DNA of 61,163 bases, the filler included. It is 8 parts of 8 records of this genome, joined end to end, with 100 filler letters (N's around TTAATTAATTAA, not from the genome) between each part and the next. Parts side by side here need not be neighbours in the genome. Positions count along the whole stretch, not along the records: positions 1 to 5,136 come from SRR31147125_8785; positions 5,237 to 10,773 come from SRR31147125_8822; positions 10,874 to 16,818 come from SRR31147125_8835; 5 more parts are not named here. One strand, written 5' to 3'. Below the pieces are notes generated by a model. The model was given only the letters and a program-made list of their open reading frames with translations. It was not told where the DNA came from and ran no database searches. Positions within the stretch are counted from its first letter, which is position 1, and every line of letters begins with the position of its first letter. This document shows positions 1-10,957 of this stretch, piece after piece. Both the position numbers and the translations under genes were made by a program.

Positions 1-877
1 GCCAGTTGGTTGGCAAACAATCTTAAGATCGAAGAATATATATGGACCTTTTGAGAAGAAGGTAGTTCTTGAAAAAGGATCAACGCAAATTAATGGCCCC
101 CATCAAGGCTCTTTAATCGACACACCAGAAGGCGAATGGTGGTTTATGCATTTTCAAATGGTTAGAAATATAGGAAGGGTTGTCCATCTCCAGCCCATGA
201 AATGGAAAAACGACTGGCCTATTATCGGTATTGATATTGATAGAAATGGCATTGGGGAACCCGTTTATGTATGGAAAAAACCAAGTATAAAAGCCAAAGT
301 TCCCATTTCCAAACCCCAAACATCGGATAATTTTGATTCACCTGAGCTTGCCCTACAATGGAGCTGGAATCATAATCCGGCTGATCATGCATGGTCATTA
401 TCAAAAAATCCAAAAAAATTAACACTGCAAGCATTGCAAGCTTCAGTTTTTTTAAAGGCTAAAAATACCTTGACCCAAAAAGTTATGGGAAATACCGGAG
501 AGGCTACTGTTATCCTGAATGGTAAACAGATGGATAATGGACAAAAATCTGGTTTATGCTTAATGGGGAAAGCTTATGCTCTAATTGGCCTGAAGAAGCA
601 AGACGATCAACTCTTTGTATTTTCAGATATAAATGGATTCGAGACAATCATCAAAGCCAAGTCTTCAAAAATATATCTTAAAATCAATATTGAACCTGGC
701 GAAAACCAAAATCAATTATCGTACAGTTTTGACAATAAGCTGTTCATTCCAATAGGTGAAAAATTTCATATTTTGTTTGGCTACTGGAAAGGTCCCAAGT
801 TAGGACTCTTTAGCTTCAATGAATCACAAGATGGAGGAAGTGCTATTTTTGATTCTTTTCAATATAATTTTCAATAA
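1..877 (+). CDS. Glycoside hydrolase family 43 (beta-xylosidase-like), 5'-truncated, with C-terminal beta-sandwich
   Basis: Frame is open from the contig start (NGPHQGSLIDTPEGEWWFMHFQ..GRVVHLQPMKWKNDWPIIG). SDNFDSPELALQWSWNHNP and GYWKGPKLGLFSFN are typical of GH43 plus its C-terminal domain. Confidence 0.85.
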   Translation, partial: PVGWQTILRSKNIYGPFEKKVVLEKGSTQINGPHQGSLIDTPEGEWWFMHFQMVRNIGRVVHLQPMKWKNDWPIIGIDIDRNGIGEPVYVWKKPSIKAKVPISKPQTSDNFDSPELALQWSWNHNPADHAWSLSKNPKKLTLQALQASVFLKAKNTLTQKVMGNTGEATVILNGKQMDNGQKSGLCLMGKAYALIGLKKQDDQLFVFSDINGFETIIKAKSSKIYLKINIEPGENQNQLSYSFDNKLFIPIGEKFHILFGYWKGPKLGLFSFNESQDGGSAIFDSFQYNFQ

Positions 878-955
878 TATTTTAGTCAGGTACAATTAAC
901 CAAATTGTCCCGATTATATATTTCGTATTAGATTTAACTCAATAAATTAATCAAT

Positions 956-3259
956 ATGTCTCGATTAATATATAGCGTTATTGCCTGTTGCCTTACTATT
1001 TTATTAAATGCACAGGTTAAATATCCTAAGGTATCCCCCATGTCAAATCAAGACAAATTCCTTAACCAAATCTCAAATGAATTTATGCCTGTTTTTGGAG
1101 TATGGGTTTGGAACTCTAATGACCTAGAACCTGATGGGTATAAGCAATCGATAGATCAGTTAAGTAAGAATTCTCCTTTTAACATGGTCGTACCATTTCT
1201 ACGCTTTCCCGATAAAGAGATTGTTGATTCTGAAATCTACAATCAAGTTAAACTTGCATCTGAATATGCGGCAAAAAATAATATTGGATTACTTCCAGAT
1301 CTTGATATTCGTTCTGCCCGCCGTGCATTCAAAAAAACACCCGGGAGAACAACAGGAAATGCTTCGCCTAAAAGAAGTATCACTTTCCAAAAGTATCAGT
1401 GTAAACACTGTCATTACCAGCATCAAAGATTTAAACGACCACTATTCCGGAGGAATGATTCCAAAATATAATGCGCTTAAGAATTCACTTTTACGTGTTT
1501 ATGCTTATCAAAAAACAGTTGAAGGAATTGATCCGAACTCATTAACAGATATTACTCAATCATGCGAGCTGTTAGCGATATCAAATGATTCTGTACAGGT
1601 TAAATTTCCGCCTTCTGTTGAAACAGGATTTTCCCATGCATGTGCAATGGTTTCGTTTACACTATTTTACCCGGATATATTTGGTCCTCATTTAATCGAA
1701 TTTCAACAGGACATTTTAAAACAATATTCTGATATTTCATTGCCTGGTGCTTGCAAAGATGAATGGGGCTTTCCCCCATATTATCCACGTTTTTACAGTG
1801 AAGGAGCCTATGATTTTTGGTACTCAAAACACCGGGCAAAAGCCTATGCCCAAAAAACAGGAGGAAGAGAATTATTATCTGACTGCCTTCTAATGGCATT
1901 TAAAGTTAATGGAAAAGAAGTTGAACGACAGGTTGCAATCAATCATTTTCAGGAAATGTCGTATGAGCGAAATGTAGAAATTGAAAATGATTTTTACCAA
2001 ACTGTAAAAGACATTTGGGGGTCAGATGCCGCTGTAACAGTTCATTCAACATGGTGGCCATATCCGGATTTTAATGAATTCAAAAAAAATGGATTGGATT
2101 GGTGGGCTTCAAAAAGAGATTGGGCTCAAACCGATGAATTAACGCCTTTTGGGGTACGAACAGCCTTATGCAAAAAGTGGGGAAGCCCAGTTTGGTATAA
2201 CATGTATTATACCGATAATTTGCAAGATCAAATTTGGGCTTCGGCTTTAGCAGGTGGAAGAATTGATTACCTTCGTTTTTACTCTCTTTTGAGAAAGATA
2301 TCATGCGGGCAGAGAACCGGATCAGGCTATTAAACTACATTAGCAAAAGTCCACTGGATTGTCAGGTTGCAGTTATTTTTGGACATACTGCAGCAATGAA
2401 CTGGGCTAGTTCGTATTTTAATGATGTTGGTATGGAATTGATTGATACACTTTGGAATCGTGGTTATCCAGCTGATTTAATACCATCTAGTGAAATTTCA
2501 AATGGGAGCTTACGTGTTGATGAAAATGGCTGGGTTCATTATGGAGCTCAAAAGTATGCTGCTGTTGTTTTGTATCAACCAGAATTTGAGAAAGAATCTA
2601 CTTCTGATTTCTTGAGAAAAGCGAGCAATGGAAAAACGTCGTTATTTCGAATTGGGGATTGGACTCGTAATTTTGAGGGCGAGTTACTTCAAGGCGACAA
2701 ATTATTTCCGGAAAACGTTGTTAAGGTATCAGATATCAAAATGGCTCTTAATCAAGTACTTGATATATTAAAAAATAGGAAAGTACTTGCACAAACGCCT
2801 GCAACTGCTATTCTAGATAGAAAATATTTTCAACTAAGAGGATATGAACACACATCCTATTTCCCTCCAAATACTGGATTTGCAAGACTTATTGATGGCA
2901 CTCATATTATAGTTGCGGGAACTAATAATGTTAGTGGTGATCCAATTCAATCTGACTTTAAAATAAAAGATACTAATGTCTCAGTTGATGCAATTGGAGT
3001 AGTTGGTGTTCGATTAGATGACAGAGGTGAGTTAAATGCTTTAGCAGCAAGTGACCTGAAATATTTAAATGTAGGAGATTTCTCTATAAAACTAGATAAA
3101 CGTATGGATGTAGCCTTGTGGAAAAATAAAGGTCTAAAATGGGAAGGGATCATCCAAGCAAATAAAATTGAAAAAATTCCTGATGAATTATTAAAGATCA
3201 CAAATAATTGGAAATTTCTTCGATTACCTGTTCCTCCTTCTGCTAAAAATAACGAGTAA
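956..3259 (+). CDS. Secreted hypothetical protein, possibly glycoside-hydrolase-like; one gene split by two probable homopolymer frameshifts (~1331-1337, ~2287-2290)
   Basis: Signal peptide at 956. Three overlapping ORFs (956-1471, 1221-2333, 2303-3259) switch frame at an A7 run and a T run. Confidence 0.6.
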
Positions 3260-3299
3260 ATAATTTTTAGGTTGCTTTCACATTTTTAAATATAAATTC

Positions 3300-5136
3300 A
3301 TGAATATGCACTCAAGTATAAATCAATTTATCCAAACATATAAACATGCAAGTATTATACTGATAATATTTTCTCAGCATCTTGCAATAACAGTAAAAAC
3401 ACAATACCCATTGACCGCCATGCATTAGTAAATAGGCACAACATTACAATTGAACAGTTTAATCCTCTCGCATCCCTAACAGTTGGAAATGGCAACTTTG
3501 CTTTTACAACAGACCTGACTGGCTTACAAACTTTTTATAGAGAGTATGAAGAGGGTGTATCATTGGGAACAATGTCAAACTGGGGGTGGCATACAGTACC
3601 GAATGAAGAAGAGTATAACATCTCCGAAAGTTATCAGTTTTATAATATTAACGGAAGAAAAGTTCCATTTCAGGATCAATTGAGAGATTCGGAAAGAGCC
3701 ATGAAGGCGGCAAACCATTTTCGGGTCAATCCGCATCGACTTCACCTGGGGCTTATCAGATTGGTTATAACCAAGGAAAATGGGAAAGAAATAACGATTA
3801 AAGATGTGCAATTGCCAAAGCATAATTTAGACTTGTGGAATGGTGAAATTACAAGCAACTTCAAGATTGAAGGCAAAGCAGTAAAAGTAAAAGTATTTGC
3901 ACACCAGAAAAAAGACCTTATCTCAGTTAAAATTGAATCAACATTGATACAGTCAGGGCAACTATCTATTGAATGGTTATTTCCTTATGGAAGTACCATA
4001 CATACCCATGCTGGCTATAATTTTGACCTGGCAGAAAAACATACATCAAGTGTAGTTCTAAAAGGAAAACAGGCTGCACTGATTCATCGGAAATTGGATA
4101 ACGACTATTATTTTACGAATATTAACTGGAAGGGAAATGCCACATTTAAAAAAGTTGAAGAACATTGCTTTAGGCTAGATCCACCGTTAAATCAAAGTCA
4201 ACTTGAATTTAGCTGTCTGTTTTCTCCGGAACTAGATAATGAAAAATTACCCGATTTTAACTTAACGCAACAAAACAATACAACTAGCTGGGAGCACTTC
4301 TGGAAAACAGGAGGTGCTATTGATTTCTCGTCCTGCACTGACTCATTAGCCGTTGAGCTTGAACGTCGGGTCATTTTATCACAATATTTAACGAAAGTCA
4401 ATGGATCAGGAGATCTACCTCCCCAGGAAACCGGGCTCACGTTCAATAGTTGGTATGGCAAGTTTCATCTTGAAATGATTTGGTGGCATAGCGCTCATTT
4501 TTACAATTGGCAACGTTCTGAATTCATGGCTGATCAATTAGGTTACTATCAAGATATTTATTCTCAGTCATTCGACTTCACCAAACTACAAGGGTACAAA
4601 GGAGTGCGCTGGCCCAAGATGGTTGGCCCTGATGGTATTAACAGTCCTTCAGCTATTGGTTCTTATCTTATTTGGCAACAACCACACTTAATTTATCTGG
4701 CAGAACAGTTATACCAGACAAATCCTGACTCTATTATTTTGAAAAAGTATGCAAACCTTGTTTTTGCAACAGCAGATTTTATGTCCGACTTTGCCACTTA
4801 TGATAGCATTGAGGGAGTATATAATCTTAACCCACCACTTATACCAGCGCAGGAACACTGGAACAGGGAAACTACAATGAATCCCCCATTCGAACTGGCT
4901 TATTGGCATTGGGGATTGACCATTGCACAGCAGTGGAAAAAAAGACTTGGACAAAAAATTAACCCCGAATGGGAAAATGTACGTCTGAAGCTTGCAGCAC
5001 CAATGTCAGTTGGAGGAATTTATATGGGAATAGGTAATGCATCCGATTCTTACACCAATCCGAAAAATATGCGAGATCACCCAATGGTACTTGGAACATT
5101 AGGTATGATGCCAAATTGGGAAGAAATTGATCCTGA
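3300..5136 (+). CDS. Six-hairpin glycosidase (GH65/GH95-like) lipoprotein, 3'-truncated, with a probable frameshift near 3370
   Basis: IDRHALVNRHN..LTVGNGNFAFTTDLTGLQTF is in frame upstream of ORF 3563. Also PPQETGLTFNSWYGKFHLEMIWWH and RWPKM motifs, and a lipobox-like SASC after a T-run shift. Confidence 0.7.
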
Positions 5137-5236
5137 NNNNNNNNNNNNNNNNNNNNNNNNNNNNNNNNNNNNNNNNNNNNTTAATTAATTAANNNNNNNN
5201 NNNNNNNNNNNNNNNNNNNNNNNNNNNNNNNNNNNN
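5137..5236. other. Artificial contig spacer
   Basis: 44 N + TTAATTAATTAA (stops in all frames) + 44 N. Confidence 0.99.
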
Positions 5237-6454
5237 AAAGAATTGTTCTTTATTAAAGAAAAACTGGATATGAACAGAGCAAAAAGCGTGGAACACTGCA
5301 GTGTGACGCTGTATAAGGAAATTGAGGAAAAGGGTGAAAAGTATTTAGGATCATCAATATTTAAAGCAGCACCCAGCATGAGCGATGATGAGATAATAGA
5401 CTGTATAAAGGACAGTGCGTATAGTGCAACCCTAGTTAAAAATCAAATATATGATTTGGTCAAGCCGGATGGAAGAGAGCTCCCAAAGCTAAAGAGCAAT
5501 ATTAGCTATGAAAAGGGCGCGGAAACGCTGCAAAAGGTAATAGACTTAGTATATGGTCTTGACAAGCAAAATACCGCAAGTGTAAACTCAATGGAAATAT
5601 TCCTGCAGGAAATTACGACAAAGATAGTTAACTCGGAAGGCGTAAATGAAACATTTTCTTCACCTGAACTGATTATAGAATTAGTTCTGGATTGTGACGG
5701 TGAAAAAGAAGAAGTTGAATTGTACGATATGATAAAGGTGTCAAGATTTGATGAAGATATGCTTAAGGAAAAAATCAGTGCAAACTTTATCAATGTGGAA
5801 AGAAGGGCAAAGGCTAAAGAGTTGACGCTGAGTAAAGATATTCCAGTGGTGCTAAAAGGCGAGGCAGTATGTGAAATTTTCTCATACTACACTTTTAAGT
5901 CAGCTGCCTTTGCTGTTTATAAAAAATATTCTCAATATAAACTCAGTGATAAAATACAGGGTGAAAACATACAGGGCGATAAAATATCCATAACATTGAT
6001 GCCGGAAATTCCATATTCAATAGAATCAAGATATGTTGATGAAGACGGCGTAAGACTAGAAGAACTCAATCTATATAAAGATGGCCGGCTATTATCATTT
6101 CACGGAAGCAACAGATATAGTCAATATTGCGGTGTGAAGGTAACCGGATCAATACCTAATGTATGGGTTCACGGCGGAAGCAGTGATTATGATGATATGA
6201 TAAAAAATGAGTGCTTGGAAATAATCGGATTTTCTGACTTTCAAATGGACACTGTAACGGGAGATTTCGGCGGAGAAATTCGTTTAGCTATCTATCATAA
6301 AGACGGAAAGGCAACTCCGGTTACCGGCGGGTCAGTTACGGGAAATATAACGAATATACACAATAATATAAACCTATCAAAGCAAATGGAAATTACGGGC
6401 ATTTACCATCATCCAAAAGCGATAAAAATTAAAGGTGTGAAAATATCAAGTTAA
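5237..6454 (+). CDS. TldD/PmbA-related metallopeptidase (PmbA-like), 5'-truncated
   Basis: DEDGV..LYKDGRL, FSDFQMDTVTGDFGGEIRLA and PVTGGSVTGN C-terminal motifs. Confidence 0.75.
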   Translation, partial: KELFFIKEKLDMNRAKSVEHCSVTLYKEIEEKGEKYLGSSIFKAAPSMSDDEIIDCIKDSAYSATLVKNQIYDLVKPDGRELPKLKSNISYEKGAETLQKVIDLVYGLDKQNTASVNSMEIFLQEITTKIVNSEGVNETFSSPELIIELVLDCDGEKEEVELYDMIKVSRFDEDMLKEKISANFINVERRAKAKELTLSKDIPVVLKGEAVCEIFSYYTFKSAAFAVYKKYSQYKLSDKIQGENIQGDKISITLMPEIPYSIESRYVDEDGVRLEELNLYKDGRLLSFHGSNRYSQYCGVKVTGSIPNVWVHGGSSDYDDMIKNECLEIIGFSDFQMDTVTGDFGGEIRLAIYHKDGKATPVTGGSVTGNITNIHNNINLSKQMEITGIYHHPKAIKIKGVKISS

Positions 6455-6468
6455 GATAACTAAAACAG

Positions 6469-7991
6469 CTAAAAATTATCAGGCGTCTGTGAATTTGCAG
6501 GAATGCTGCCATTATTGAAATTACCCAGTTCAATGGTGGTAGTCATCATATGTTCATGGACGCTTATTACATCAGAGCCTGCAAAATACTGTCCCTCATT
6601 GGAAAACATATGTATATCTCCATACCATGTGGTTCCTGTAGCGTATTTAAAAATATAGTCGCCTTCGGGGATGAAAACCTGCAGTGACTCTCCGTGCTTG
6701 ATATAAGCTACCAGTACAAGACTATTTAAAGTATCTGTAACTGTATCATACGAATACAGCTTAATATAGCAGTCGGTTGTGCCTGTTACTTCGATATCCA
6801 GCTGGCGGTACCTACTGTCTCCTGTGTTGTCTGTAATAATGGTAGTTCCATCAAAAGGACGCTCAATAAAGAAATATTTTTCTTCAATAGTGGTGTAGTA
6901 GTCGTCGAATATCTCCATAAAATTAGTAAATTCTTCGTATATATCATCGACTATCTCTTTGTAAAAATCATCGTTTAAATCAAATTCATTTAAATTTTGG
7001 GAGTAAGTAAAGGTAAAACTTTTTGAATAAAGTTCAGCAGTATCGTCATAGGAGTAAGTTCCTAATTCATCAATGAAATCGTTAATAACCTGCAATTTTT
7101 CAACAGGAGGCTGCTCGTTCATGTAATATGAATTAAGTAAACTATTGCAGACTGTATCTATAGTTGCGCTGCCGTATTCTATTTCGTAGGTAATAGTTCC
7201 GTTTGAAATTGTACCATTGGTATTGGTCATTATAATATTTTTTATTATCAAGGCATTAAGATAATGTTTTGAATAGCTTGTGAAAAGCTCTTTTCCCAGT
7301 CTTCTTCTATTTGATTTTCTGCATTATTCTTATTATAAATATCCACAATATTATCTAATGGAAGCTCCTTAATGCTTTTGCAGAAAAATGCTGTGGACAT
7401 TTCTGAGGTATTAATATAGTCTGAATAAATATCCTCAGCGGCTTCATAATATTCATTTTTTATATTTTCTAAATCATCTTCATTTAATACTGCTTCCTGA
7501 TTACGATAATCTGCATTGTCTTTAAATGTTATCCTAATTTCATACTCTTTTGTATACAGAGTTTCATTATTTAATAATGTGTGTATCTGATGCATTGCGT
7601 TATCTGAAAGCTGGGAAATGTATTCGCTGTAAGCAGAAAAGTCAAATTCAGTATCATTAACTAAGCTCACTTTATCGGCATCTATCAGCTTAGCTGTTAT
7701 AGTTAAACTTTCATTATTATCTGCGAGTTTTTCTTCGACTTGCGAATAATCTATAATCATATTTGACGCTAATGCATTGGCAAGCTTATTAACGATGGAA
7801 TTTTGGCTATCCTCATAGGATGCGTTATAATTTTCAAACGTTTCAGTAATTGAATATAATTTCTGCGTGTTTTCATTGGGAAGTTTGTCTATGATTTCTT
7901 CGCCTCTGAAGGGGTAGAGCATAATTAAGCTGAACGAACTAAATAAAAAGCATAATATTAAAGATGAAACTGCGATTAAAAATTTCTTCAT
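6469..7991 (-). CDS. Membrane-anchored acidic hypothetical protein; probably one gene with a frameshift near 7290
   Basis: N-terminal hydrophobic segment MKKFLIAVSSLILCFLF. The downstream frame is open through the junction (ELFTSYSKHYLNALIIK) after an A run. The C-terminus resembles a beta-sandwich (PEGDYIFKYATGTTWYG). Confidence 0.5.
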
Positions 7992-7992
7992 T

Positions 7993-9612
7993 TTACTCAA
8001 CCTTTTTCCACGGTTCATTATAGTACTCTATTTCAGGTGAATTAATACAGTTTGTAATTTCAAAACTGACTAAGTTCTCATTTGCCCATATGGACTGAAT
8101 AAACTCATCACCTAATTCTGCAAAAGACGGGTTATTATAAATTTTTACATTCATCAGCGAAGTCAGATTATCAAGAGGCTGAGAAAGGTCAAAATTAAGA
8201 CAATTATTTATTTGAATCATATTAAGATTAGGAAGATTTGTGGTTTTAAGCAGGGTAGATAAACCGTCACAGTTTTTTAGCTCAATAATGTGCATATTAG
8301 GGTATGCCGCAATAAAGCCGACGCTGTCTATAAAATTGTTGTAATCAATAGAAAGTTTTTCTAAATAAACTGAAAACAGTCCATACTCGTCAAAAGTCAA
8401 GTTAGGGCAATTATTCAGACTGATTTCCTTGCAGGGTAAATTAACGAAATCTTCGCCTAGATTTATATCCAGCTGGCAGTTGGATAATTGGAGTATGTCC
8501 AGCTGATTAAGCTCAAATATTTTTTTATTATTGACGTTATCTAAAAACAGTTTAGACAGGTTTGGAAGGTTAATAAGGCATGAATAATTATTGATTTGGT
8601 CATTGCCGGTAAAATATAAACTTTCAAGACCTTCAAAGTATTGTAAATAGGAAATTTGTTCAATATCTTCAGAGTTTATTATAAATAAATTTTTGGTTTC
8701 ACTATAATAGGATGCTAATTCATAGAAATCTTCTTGTCCTGCTGCATCATAGCAAAGGGTCTTTTCCATTACATCCACCGCACGGATGCAATTATTATTG
8801 TCAAAGGAAATCATTTTTACATTTCTCATCTGTGAGAAAGTGTCTATTGATACTCTAATTGTATCCCCGTAGTATCTGGATGCAAAAAGCTCATCGTCAA
8901 TATACAATTCCACATGAGTATCCAAATCAAACATCTGGGACTTGTAGTCTCTCAGCTGCAAATAAATATTATCCTCATCTCCCGTCATTTGATACATATA
9001 GATATAAGGATTTGAAAAAACATAGGAGCTAGTCCCTATTTGCTGTAGGAAAAAGTTCTCCAGTTCGAGCTCATCGCCCACTAAATAATGCAGTTCTGTG
9101 TTAATTTCATATTTATATTTTTCACCGTCAATTGGTACAGCTTCTAATAAAAACGAGAAATTGCCTATCATGCCGCTTGCAAGGTATTTGTTATCCAATT
9201 TATACTGCTTTAAATAATTAACTTCGATATCATTTGTAAACATCATATTATAGTAGTTGTAAATTGTGTCAAATTCATCATTTGTGCCGGAGGATATACA
9301 TAATGAGCTAGTTATTTCATCAAATTCATAGCTGGTTACCCTACTGTCAGGGTATAGTGGAAGATAATCAGAAGGATACTCTGGGGTTTGCATAGCTGAT
9401 GCTTTTGAAAATACGTATTTTACGTATGCAAAAAAGTCTGCAATTGAATTCTTTACAGAGTTGTACATAGCTACTGCTTTTTTATCTATGTCCATAAGGG
9501 TCTGCGAGGCATCGCCGTCTTGACAGATAAGGTGGTTAATAAGCAACGCAAGCATTACTACAAGCAATACAGTTATAATAGATATTAATATTATACCTGC
9601 CTTTGATTTCAT
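7993..9612 (-). CDS. Membrane-anchored leucine-rich-repeat protein
   Basis: N-terminal TM helix; repeated LxxLxL..N/C units (LPNLSKLFLDN, LPNLNMIQINNC, LTSLMNVKIYNN). Confidence 0.7.
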   Translation of the reverse strand: MKSKAGIILISIITVLLVVMLALLINHLICQDGDASQTLMDIDKKAVAMYNSVKNSIADFFAYVKYVFSKASAMQTPEYPSDYLPLYPDSRVTSYEFDEITSSLCISSGTNDEFDTIYNYYNMMFTNDIEVNYLKQYKLDNKYLASGMIGNFSFLLEAVPIDGEKYKYEINTELHYLVGDELELENFFLQQIGTSSYVFSNPYIYMYQMTGDEDNIYLQLRDYKSQMFDLDTHVELYIDDELFASRYYGDTIRVSIDTFSQMRNVKMISFDNNNCIRAVDVMEKTLCYDAAGQEDFYELASYYSETKNLFIINSEDIEQISYLQYFEGLESLYFTGNDQINNYSCLINLPNLSKLFLDNVNNKKIFELNQLDILQLSNCQLDINLGEDFVNLPCKEISLNNCPNLTFDEYGLFSVYLEKLSIDYNNFIDSVGFIAAYPNMHIIELKNCDGLSTLLKTTNLPNLNMIQINNCLNFDLSQPLDNLTSLMNVKIYNNPSFAELGDEFIQSIWANENLVSFEITNCINSPEIEYYNEPWKKVE

Positions 9613-9786
9613 TCAAGTCTCCTAAATTTAAACACTTTGTTATCTACTATAATATAATTAAACCATATTATTGTAAATATTAATTTGTTTATATCTTTTA
9701 TGAGGTAATATTATAACACATTACAAATACTTATTATATTGTGGTACAATATTTATGTAGTTATTAGTTTAAGGTTGTAGCAATAA

Positions 9787-10752
9787 ATGGAATATATTGA
9801 CGCTAAGACGATTTTATCGGGATATAACGAGGCTTCCAACTGGTTCGGTCACAATTACAATATGAACCTGTATAAAGGCTGTGCTCACGGCTGCATTTAC
9901 TGTGACAGCAGAAGCGAATGTTACCAAATTGAGGAATTTGACAGAGTCAGGACAAAAAAGGATGCTCTGATAATATTAGAAAAGGAACTAAAGACAAGAA
10001 GAAGAAAGGGAGTAATCGGCTTAGGGGCTATGAGCGATACATACAATCCCTTTGAAAAAGATTTGATGATTACTCGCAGTGCCCTGAAACTGATGGATAA
10101 ACATCGCTTCGGAGTGGGAGTCGCCACAAAAAGCGACCTTATACGGCGGGATACAGACGTTTATAAGAGTATAATGAAACATTCGCCGGTGCTTATAAAA
10201 CTGACTATAATCTCTGCTGAAGATGCGCTTTGCAGGATAATAGAACCTAATGTGTGTCCATCATCTTCACGCTTTGCTGCATTGAGGGACTTAACTGATA
10301 ATGGAATATATGCAGGAGTATTGCTTATGCCTGTGCTGCCATTTGTTTTGGATACGCCTGAGAATATTTTGTCCATAGTAGATAAAACCTATGAAAGCGG
10401 AGGAAAATTCATATACGCAGGTTTGGGAGTTACCCTAAGGCAAAACCAAAGAGCATGGTATTATTATGCGCTGGACAAGCATTTTAAAGGGCTGAAACAT
10501 AAGTATATTGAAACCTACGGCAACAGATATCAATGCGGTATAAAAAACTATGAGCATATATCATCACTTTTTAAACAAAGATGCAAAAAGTACGGCATAA
10601 CATACAAAATGAAAGATATCATAGCAGAATACAGAAAGGGTTATAATAAGGAGCAGGTTTCTTTTTTTAGAGGCCGTTACACTAAAGCCGTAAAACCGCT
10701 AAAATATGCTTACCTGCACTTAATAAATCCAAGCGAGTTTCTCGTATTATGA
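9787..10752 (+). CDS. Radical SAM protein, spore-photoproduct-lyase-like family; true stop is probably ~10670 (EQVSFF*)
   Basis: YNMNLYKGCAHGCIYCDSRS (CxxxCxxC), GAMSDTYNPFE and TKSDLI motifs. Confidence 0.85.
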   Translation: MEYIDAKTILSGYNEASNWFGHNYNMNLYKGCAHGCIYCDSRSECYQIEEFDRVRTKKDALIILEKELKTRRRKGVIGLGAMSDTYNPFEKDLMITRSALKLMDKHRFGVGVATKSDLIRRDTDVYKSIMKHSPVLIKLTIISAEDALCRIIEPNVCPSSSRFAALRDLTDNGIYAGVLLMPVLPFVLDTPENILSIVDKTYESGGKFIYAGLGVTLRQNQRAWYYYALDKHFKGLKHKYIETYGNRYQCGIKNYEHISSLFKQRCKKYGITYKMKDIIAEYRKGYNKEQVSFFRGRYTKAVKPLKYAYLHLINPSEFLVL

Positions 10753-10773
10753 GTAAATCCTTAAAATGCGGAA

Positions 10774-10873
10774 NNNNNNNNNNNNNNNNNNNNNNNNNNN
10801 NNNNNNNNNNNNNNNNNTTAATTAATTAANNNNNNNNNNNNNNNNNNNNNNNNNNNNNNNNNNNNNNNNNNNN
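10774..10873. other. Artificial contig spacer
   Basis: N44-TTAATTAATTAA-N44. Confidence 0.99.
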
Positions 10874-10957
10874 CGGATGGAAAATGGTTCCAGGTGGACT
10901 GAAGCGGGTGCTGAAAATCTCTTGACGCTTAAATTAATTCAGGAAATGAATGTTTAA
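10874..10957 (+). mobile_element. C-terminal tail of a probable ISLre2/ISKra4-type transposase
   Basis: Reads RMENGSRWTEAGAENLLTLKLIQEMNV*, resembling the G-x-R-W-x3-G-A-x2-L-L-x-L-R/K tail of these transposases; lies at a contig end. Confidence 0.5.
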
